Origin: Phototrophicaceae bacterium
GTDB taxonomy: Bacteria > Chloroflexota > Anaerolineae > Aggregatilineales > Phototrophicaceae
Assembly (NCBI GenBank): GCA_965243795.1
Contig: OZ251576.1
Coordinates: forward strand, 3,156,810-3,220,809
Reading direction: 5' to 3'
Length of the DNA stretch: 64,000 nucleotides
Under the pieces are notes generated by a model that was not told the DNA's origin, made no database searches, and saw only the letters and a program-made list of their open reading frames with translations. This document shows positions 57,621-64,000 of this stretch, one piece after another (position 1 is the first letter of the stretch; every line of letters starts with the position of its first letter). A program made the position numbers and the translations under genes.

Positions 57621-60035
57621 TCAAACCCCAGTCGGCGCCCAGATATTCTTGACTTGCACTGACTGGCGGATGAATTCGGCGCCGGCGCCCTGCTGCGGGT
57701 CAGTCCAGGCGCGCTTTTGGCCATAATTTACCCAGGTGCGCTTCAGATTATAGGCCGAACGCGCTTCAACCTGTCGACTGCCTTCCGCATCGCCAAAATA
57801 CCACAGGCTATCGACATCGTCATGTTCAGCTAGGGTCAAGACCAGATGATCGCGGCTGCCGGTGATGATATTGACAACGCCAGGCGGCAAATCCGAAGTG
57901 TCAAACACTTGATAGAGATCGACAGCGCTAAGTGAATACCGCGGCGATGGGATGCAAACGACCGTGTTCCCGCGCGAGATGGCCGGCGCGATCAGCGAGA
58001 CAAAAGCCAGCAGGGGAAAATCATCTGGGCAGGCCATGCCAATAACGCCAATCGGCTCGTGGATGGCCGTCACCAAGCCGCGCAGAGTCGTCTCCTGCAC
58101 AGCGCCGCCCGATTTGTCGGCCAAGGCGGCCCAATGGAAGAGGCGATGAATGGCCGCTTCAACCTCGTCGCGGCCGACGGCGATTTTCTCGTCGGTCATG
58201 GCGGCGATGCGGGCGGCGAATTCCTCTTGGCGCGCCGACAGATTTTCAGCGATGTAGTACAGGATTTGCGCCCGATTGTGAGGTGAATAATAAGCCCAGT
58301 CTTTGGCTTTGCGGGCGGCCTCGACAGCATCGCGGGCATCCTTGCGATTGCCATCGCCAACTTGGCCGATCAGTTTGCCGGCCGGCGACAGGACAGCGCG
58401 GGTATAGTTGCCGTCGGGACGTTTTTGGGCGCCGCCGATATACAGCTTGGCGGTGCGGTCAAGGCGGTCGGTGGGGCCGTCGCTGACGTTCAGGCCAATC
58501 GGCTTTGCAGGCAGGTTTGTCCCCCAATGCTCTGCGGGCGCGTCTAGTTTGGGGCGCGGCATCGACAGCCAGCTTGGCCGTAGATACTCAAACAGCCCCT
58601 CTTTGCCGCCTTCGCGTCCAAAGCCGCTTTCGCGATAGCCGCCGAAACCGGCCGCCGCGTCAAATAAGTTTGTGCTGTTAAGCCAGACGGCGCCGACCTT
58701 GAGCTTGCGGGCGGTGTCGAGAGCCAGGCTGATGTTTTCGCTCCAGACCGAGGCCGCCAGGCCATAGCGGCTGTTGTTGGCCAGGTCAATCGCTTCGTCG
58801 GGAGTGCGGAAGCTCATCGCCGCCAGCACCGGCCCAAAAATCTCTTCTTGGGCAATCTGCGCTGATGCCGCGACGTTGGTTAGGAGCGTGGGCGGATAAT
58901 AACAGCCGCGTTCAGGCAGATCGATTGACGGCTGGAAGATGTCAGCGCCTTCGGCCAGGCCCTGCTTGACCCAGGCGTCGATGTTTTCGCACTGAACGGG
59001 GTCGACCACAGCGCCGATGTCGATGCCCTTGTCCAGCGAATCGCCGACGCGCAGGCCTGTCATGCGCCGCTTGAGCTTGTCGATAAAGACAGCAGCGATG
59101 TTTTCCTGTACCAGCAAACGCGATCCAGCGCAGCAGACCTCGCCTTGATTGAAAAAAATAGCATCGACCAGCCCCTCGACCGCGCTGTCCAAATCGGCGC
59201 TGTCATAGACGATAAAGGGTGATTTGCCGCCCAGTTCCAGCGACAGTTTTTTGCCTGTCCCTGCCGTCGCCCGCCGAATGATCCGACCGACGGCAGTCGA
59301 TCCAGTGAAAGCAATTTTGTCGATGTCGGGATGAGCCACAACCGCGGCGCCGGCTTGGTCGCTGCCAGTGATGATATTGACGACGCCGGGCGGCAGGCCG
59401 GCTTCAGCGATAATCTCGGCAAAGAGCAGCGCAGTCAGCGGCGTATAGGGGGCTGGTTTGATGACGACGGTGTTGCCCATCGCAATCGCCGGGGCAATTT
59501 TCCAGGCCAGCATCAACAGGGGGAAATTCCACGGAATCACCTGCCCGACCACGCCCAGCGAGCGATAATCGCGCAGTTCGCTGTCCATTAGCTGCGCCCA
59601 GCCGGCATGATAATAAAAATGACGCGCGGCCAGCGGAATGTCAATATCGCGCGCTTCGCGGATGGGTTTGCCGTTGTCCAGGCTTTCGACCACCGCCAGC
59701 AGACGTTGATGCTTCTGCATATTACGCGCCACCGCATACAAATGCCGCGCGCGCTGATGCGGACTCAGCCCATTCCATAAGGGATAGGCCGCCCGCGCCG
59801 CTTGGACAGCTTGGTCAACGTCCGCTTCTGTGGCATCGGCGACGCTTGCCAGGGTCTCGTCCCGCGCTGGATTGGCGACCGACAGACAGCCAGATTCGGC
59901 CGGCTTGACCCATTGATTGTTGATGAACAGGTCAAACTGCCGTCCATGCGCGTCCAGCCAGGCTTGGGCGGCGGCATCCGATTCAGGCGCGGGGCCGTAG
60001 CTCATAGTTTGATACAGTTCGGCTATTTCGGACAT
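57621..60035 (-). CDS. Aldehyde dehydrogenase fusion: a complete ALDH domain plus a second, partial ALDH-like domain
   Basis: The N-terminal 490 aa or so carry LELGGKSP and EVCCAGSR catalytic motifs. The C-terminal 300 aa or so repeat the NAD-binding-half pattern (GVIGMACPDDFPLL..., PPGVVNIITGS) without a catalytic Cys motif. Confidence 0.85.
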   Translation of the reverse strand: MSEIAELYQTMSYGPAPESDAAAQAWLDAHGRQFDLFINNQWVKPAESGCLSVANPARDETLASVADATEADVDQAVQAARAAYPLWNGLSPHQRARHLYAVARNMQKHQRLLAVVESLDNGKPIREARDIDIPLAARHFYYHAGWAQLMDSELRDYRSLGVVGQVIPWNFPLLMLAWKIAPAIAMGNTVVIKPAPYTPLTALLFAEIIAEAGLPPGVVNIITGSDQAGAAVVAHPDIDKIAFTGSTAVGRIIRRATAGTGKKLSLELGGKSPFIVYDSADLDSAVEGLVDAIFFNQGEVCCAGSRLLVQENIAAVFIDKLKRRMTGLRVGDSLDKGIDIGAVVDPVQCENIDAWVKQGLAEGADIFQPSIDLPERGCYYPPTLLTNVAASAQIAQEEIFGPVLAAMSFRTPDEAIDLANNSRYGLAASVWSENISLALDTARKLKVGAVWLNSTNLFDAAAGFGGYRESGFGREGGKEGLFEYLRPSWLSMPRPKLDAPAEHWGTNLPAKPIGLNVSDGPTDRLDRTAKLYIGGAQKRPDGNYTRAVLSPAGKLIGQVGDGNRKDARDAVEAARKAKDWAYYSPHNRAQILYYIAENLSARQEEFAARIAAMTDEKIAVGRDEVEAAIHRLFHWAALADKSGGAVQETTLRGLVTAIHEPIGVIGMACPDDFPLLAFVSLIAPAISRGNTVVCIPSPRYSLSAVDLYQVFDTSDLPPGVVNIITGSRDHLVLTLAEHDDVDSLWYFGDAEGSRQVEARSAYNLKRTWVNYGQKRAWTDPQQGAGAEFIRQSVQVKNIWAPTGV

Positions 60036-60089
60036 GGGATGTTCCTTGTGCGCTGGAGAGTTCTTAAATCACTTAAAAATATCGCCTAT

Positions 60090-61517
60090 TTATGAATCAT
60101 CCGCCGGCGGATTCTTCTCTAAGAATAACCTGATTTCTGGCGGGAACGGGACATGCCATCCGCCACGCCAAGGACCGAATATATTGCTTGCGCGATTAAT
60201 AAGGCTTAAAATTATCTCCGCAAGTTCTTGATCGTCTAATTGCCCATCCCAAAGCATATCTCTAAACTGTGTATCCTCAATTATTCTTTGCATAATAGAG
60301 ACTGTCCGTTCTCGGCGGTATCGTACAAAAAACGGATAAGGAATGTGACGGTCTCCCATACTGGTTTGGTCATAGACAAAGCGGATAAAATCAAACTGGC
60401 AAATACAATCTGCTATCTTTTCCTTATCATCTGAAAATTGTCGATAGAGGTAGCTGTTCTCCTTTCCGATGTTTATGGTATGCTTTAGGAATGTCATATA
60501 ATCAATTCTGGCATTTTCTGGCATATGCCGCATCCAAAACATTCCCTCTTGCATATACTGCATCCAAAACATTCCCTTATAATAAGAATCCCAGCTTATC
60601 GGTATCGGATGTTTCACAAAATCTGACATCCATTCATATTTACCCTCTTGTACAAGAATCGCGCCCAAGAGGTACAGCTTTGGCAAAAGATCAGCCCAAA
60701 TCCGAAGCGTTTCGTCGGCGTGCTTAGTATGTGGAGTGCGAAACCGCTCGTGTGCGTCCTTAAAAATAAGTTGCAGGGTTCGCAGAAATTCTTGATATAA
60801 CTCTAGTTGATCGTATCGAATAAAAACGACTCCAAAAATGATGATTTTGTCTATAAGTGCTTCGAGTATATCACCTTGTGATTCTTCTGTTTCTGATGCT
60901 TTATTCAAAAAGTAGTTCGGGAATTCACGCAAATACTTTTTAATCCGCAATACATTACCCGCTTCAAGCAATTCGAAAATATCATTCTCAAGTTCTTCCA
61001 ATGATTTATCCAGAATCTCATCAAGCTCCGTACGGGTGCCAAACTTATAACCTAGTTTTTTAAGCTCTTGCTCAATGAAGCCTATTCCTTTTCTCATATC
61101 ATCTCGAAAATCGCTCCCGCCTCGTACATGCGAACTTTGATAATCTAGTATCTCTTGAATTCCAGATGGCAGCTTGTCCTTCTTTGGCACGGGCGCATTC
61201 TTAATACAGATCGGAGCGATCATGATTCCTTTGTCTAAGGCTCGTTTGATCTCCTTTACCAGATAATCTGGCTCATCACTCTCGGATTTTTCTTTAAGCA
61301 AGTCAAGCCATTGAGGCCCAATAACGGCCACCAAAACATCTGATTCATCCACTTCTTTAATGATGTGTTCCTCAAAGCGCGTAAAATCTGGTATATCCAG
61401 GTCCATAAAAACATTTTCTTCCCCATAACGACCTACAAAATGATCGTACATTCGTCCGACGAAATCTGGTTCATCAACTCTGCGATAACTGATGAATATC
61501 TTGGGCTGCTGACTCAT
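60090..61517 (-). CDS. TIR-domain protein with an unknown C-terminal domain of about 330 aa
   Basis: AT-rich ORF. GGAGG lies 7 nt before ATG 61515-61517. The N-terminus is TIR_2-like: KIFISYRRVDEPDFVGRMYDHFVGRYGEENVFMDLD...DVLVAVIGPQWL...DYLVKEIKRAL. Confidence 0.8.
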   Translation of the reverse strand: MSQQPKIFISYRRVDEPDFVGRMYDHFVGRYGEENVFMDLDIPDFTRFEEHIIKEVDESDVLVAVIGPQWLDLLKEKSESDEPDYLVKEIKRALDKGIMIAPICIKNAPVPKKDKLPSGIQEILDYQSSHVRGGSDFRDDMRKGIGFIEQELKKLGYKFGTRTELDEILDKSLEELENDIFELLEAGNVLRIKKYLREFPNYFLNKASETEESQGDILEALIDKIIIFGVVFIRYDQLELYQEFLRTLQLIFKDAHERFRTPHTKHADETLRIWADLLPKLYLLGAILVQEGKYEWMSDFVKHPIPISWDSYYKGMFWMQYMQEGMFWMRHMPENARIDYMTFLKHTINIGKENSYLYRQFSDDKEKIADCICQFDFIRFVYDQTSMGDRHIPYPFFVRYRRERTVSIMQRIIEDTQFRDMLWDGQLDDQELAEIILSLINRASNIFGPWRGGWHVPFPPEIRLFLEKNPPADDS

Positions 61518-61574
61518 AGGCAAACCTCCGCGCCGCTGTAATTAGCTGTTTGGTTATCACAATAATAACCCGCT

Positions 61575-62219
61575 ATGAAGCGAATATCAATCCCCACCCC
61601 CGCGCCGAAAAAACCCTTTTACGACTATAATAAGACAATGAACATCCAGCACATCATCCACTACAGCTGCCACGATGCCCTCGCCGCGCTGGTCATGGGG
61701 ACATCGCCGCGCGCGCTGGCCCGGGCCCGCGAACGAACGCTGGTCAAAGCCCTGGCCGCGCGTCTGGATGAGGCCTGCGCGGGAGATGACATCCGCGTCT
61801 TCGCGGCTTATCGGCGCGGCAACCGAACCGACTTCGGCGCCGAGCGACTGCTGTATGACATCCAGGTCTGCCGCATCAAAACCAGCCAAACAGCCGACAA
61901 GAAAAAAGAGCCTTTTTATTACATCGCGGCCGCCCTGTGGCAAATCGAAATCGACTTCTCGCGCGACCTGCGGCGAACACTCCAGGCGGTCAATCGACTG
62001 GCCAGCGGATCCGGCGAAAACAAGCTCATCATCGCCGCCCAGCCCGCGAGCGGCCGCGAAGCCTTTATTCACACGCTCAAAACACCAGCGGCGGCCTGCA
62101 GCGGCGAGGTCTGGCTGGCCCTGATTCCGCACCCGGCCGATTGGGACAGTGACGCGCGCCCACCCGATATTTGGCAGCTGACCGCCGGCGAATGGCAGAC
62201 AGCAAAAAGTTCATCATAA
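61575..62219 (+). CDS. Hypothetical protein, divergent from the TIR gene
   Basis: 214-aa GC-rich ORF; I recognised no family. The alternative start ATG 61638 cannot be excluded. Confidence 0.45.
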   Translation: MKRISIPTPAPKKPFYDYNKTMNIQHIIHYSCHDALAALVMGTSPRALARARERTLVKALAARLDEACAGDDIRVFAAYRRGNRTDFGAERLLYDIQVCRIKTSQTADKKKEPFYYIAAALWQIEIDFSRDLRRTLQAVNRLASGSGENKLIIAAQPASGREAFIHTLKTPAAACSGEVWLALIPHPADWDSDARPPDIWQLTAGEWQTAKSSS

Positions 62220-62241
62220 AGCGCAAGCCGCAAAAGGAGGC

Positions 62242-63267
62242 ATGATGTCCAAATTACGGTTCATTTTCAGTATGCTGCTCATAGGCTGGCTTGGCCTGTT
62301 TGCCACCGCGCAGGAAGAGCCAAGCTATCGCAGTCTGCCCGCCGTCACCGAAATCAGCGCCATCTGGCTGGAAAACGACGCGGCCTGGGAATTGCAGGTC
62401 ACCGGCCTTCAGGACGATGCCTGCGCGCTGGATTGGCAAAGCGAACAGACCACCTATCCGCACAACATCGACATACAGCTTTACCGCCACATTCCGCCCG
62501 ATTCCGACTGTCCGCGCCAGCAGACGTCCTTTGAAATCCGCCTCATGCTTGAAGCCGATAGGGACGTCCCCTATCTGATCATCAACAGCCAAGTCTGGGA
62601 AATCAGCTATCCCGATTCGTCAAGTTCGGATGATGCCCTGCGCCTCAAAGAAAGACGTCTGATGGAAGTCCTGGTCGATGAGGCCAGCATCCAGATCATC
62701 GACGAGGAAAGCGGGGAATACGAACTGACGATCCGCGGCAGTCATGCGGTCGGCTGTGACCTGCCCGTCCTGTATGCGCGGCGCGGAACAGAAGCCAGCG
62801 TGCTGATTGGCGCTTTCAATCCGATAGACGAAGACGCGGTCTGCCCGGCCATGCTGCTGCCGCTAGAGGAAACCATCGCCCTGCCCGCAACCCAGCTGCC
62901 ACCCGATGCGTTATTGGGGGTGAACGCCTATATTGTCAATGAACTGGAGAGCCAAACCATGAGCGATTCAATCAGAGTGCCGACCGATATTCAGCGCGTG
63001 ACGGCGAACGTCAGCGAATCTTTTCCGATGCGAATCCACCTGGACGTCGTCGGCGAGCATCCCGACGGCTGCGATTATCCAGTGATGATCGAACAGTCGC
63101 GCCAGGGCAGCGTCATCACCATCGAAGTCTACCGCGAAGTGCCGGCCGATGTCATCTGCCCGATGATCCTCCAGCCCTATCAAAGCCAGATTCAGCTGGA
63201 CGGACAATTTGAATCGGGACGTTACATCATCCGCGTCAACAAAGCCTCGCAAACGATTGACATCTAG
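62242..63267 (+). CDS. Secreted protein built from three Cys-pair repeats of about 100 aa
   Basis: Signal peptide MMSKLRFIFSMLLIGWLGLFATAQE. Three repeats carry G/A-C-(D/A)...about 30 aa...(D/V)-(C)-P, for example HPDGCDYPVMIEQ...VPADVICPMILQPY. Confidence 0.65.
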   Translation: MMSKLRFIFSMLLIGWLGLFATAQEEPSYRSLPAVTEISAIWLENDAAWELQVTGLQDDACALDWQSEQTTYPHNIDIQLYRHIPPDSDCPRQQTSFEIRLMLEADRDVPYLIINSQVWEISYPDSSSSDDALRLKERRLMEVLVDEASIQIIDEESGEYELTIRGSHAVGCDLPVLYARRGTEASVLIGAFNPIDEDAVCPAMLLPLEETIALPATQLPPDALLGVNAYIVNELESQTMSDSIRVPTDIQRVTANVSESFPMRIHLDVVGEHPDGCDYPVMIEQSRQGSVITIEVYREVPADVICPMILQPYQSQIQLDGQFESGRYIIRVNKASQTIDI

Positions 63268-63276
63268 GGGAGCGCC

Positions 63277-64000
63277 ATGATACGCAAAATAGGCTTGGCT
63301 TTGCTTGCGGCCTTGCTCTTCGGCGGCCTGGTCAGCGGCCAGGACACCGCCCTCACCGTCTACAGCCGCGGCACAGCCCTAATCCGAGAGCAGCGCCAAC
63401 TGTCGCTTGAGCCAGGCATCAATATCATCCGCCTTGACGACGTGGCGGCCACCATCGATCCAACCTCGGTGCGACTCGAATCATTGAGCGGGCCGGCAAA
63501 TATCGCTGTATTAGAGCAGAGCTACGTCTATGATTTGGTCAATCGGTCGGCCTTGCTGACGCGCTATATCGACCAGACCATTCATATCACGACTGCCGAC
63601 GGCGCGCTTTACCGCGGCGAACTGCTTGGCGGCGGCGATGACGAAGCGGTTCTGCGGCTGGAAAACGGTGACATTGCCGTCATCAGCCTGGACGACGTCC
63701 GCGATATTCGTTTTCCGGCCCTGCCCGACGCGCTGATCACCCGCCCGGCCCTGCAATGGACTTTGAGCAGTTCGGCCGGCGGCGACCAAGACGTGACCCT
63801 GACCTACCTGGCGGACGGCATCAACTGGTCAGCCGATTACAATATCCTGCTGGACGACGACCGACTCGATATCAAAGGCTGGGTGACCCTTAGCAATCAC
63901 AGCGGCCGCGCTTTTGAGGACGCGCAGCTGAAACTTGTCGCCGGCGACATCCAGCGCATCCAGACAAAGCCGATGCTGGCCGAAAGCCGCGCCATCGCTT
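63277..64000 (+). CDS. DUF4139/DUF4140-type protein (mucoidy-inhibitor MuiA-like), 3'-truncated by the window end
   Basis: Own translation from ATG 63277: MIRKIGLALLAALLFGGLVSGQDTALTVYSRGTALIREQRQLSLEPGINIIRLDDVAATIDPTSVRLES...TYLADGINWSADYNILL...LDIKGWVTLSNHSGRAFEDAQLKLVAGD. Confidence 0.65.
   Translation, partial: MIRKIGLALLAALLFGGLVSGQDTALTVYSRGTALIREQRQLSLEPGINIIRLDDVAATIDPTSVRLESLSGPANIAVLEQSYVYDLVNRSALLTRYIDQTIHITTADGALYRGELLGGGDDEAVLRLENGDIAVISLDDVRDIRFPALPDALITRPALQWTLSSSAGGDQDVTLTYLADGINWSADYNILLDDDRLDIKGWVTLSNHSGRAFEDAQLKLVAGDIQRIQTKPMLAESRAIA

Overview
64-kb stretch of a GC-rich bacterial chromosome. I saw no rRNA, CRISPR array, integrase or transposase. Most of it is ordinary housekeeping and metabolic coding sequence:
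- a Liv-type branched-chain amino-acid ABC transporter (livFGMH) with three tandem paralogous binding proteins
- fabF, an M16 peptidase, clpB, Trm112, a Rieske oxygenase and an M50B peptidase pair
- a P1B-type ATPase, an acyl-CoA synthetase, ugd, iolD, purB and aguA
- a GT39 glycosyltransferase, a PduO-type adenosyltransferase, tRNA-Leu(CAA), a NUDIX hydrolase, a TPR protein and an M24 peptidase
- selA, an O-antigen-ligase-like protein, a cyclophilin, xthA and a fused aldehyde dehydrogenase

Things worth a second look:
1. An AT-rich minus-strand three-gene operon at about 24.2-26.9 kb. It encodes a 150-aa TM/coiled-coil protein, an unlisted 59-aa TM protein, and a 673-aa protein with wHTH-like, PIN-like, coiled-coil and 2-TM regions. 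I could assign no family to any of them. This is my best candidate for an undescribed defence or abortive-infection-type module.
2. A second AT-rich islet at 60.1-61.5 kb carrying a lone TIR-domain protein with an unknown C-terminal domain of about 330 aa.
3. A TIR-STAND(NACHT-like)-HEAT protein running off the left edge of the window.
4. An unannotated selenoprotein at 20642-21154. It has an in-frame UGA in a U-G-S-C motif and a hairpin directly downstream. It is co-oriented with a CxxC thioredoxin-like fusion gene, and selA lies in the same window.
5. A repeat family seen three times: a hairpin-containing core of about 150-240 bp. Two copies are attached to tandem arrays of about 400 bp built from phased GGCGGAAAAT-type subrepeats. 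These two copies sit in inverted orientation about 27 kb apart.
6. A C12 homopolymer that frameshifts the signal-peptide region of a secreted beta-helix protein.

All calls rest on manual translation and motif recognition. No database search was possible.
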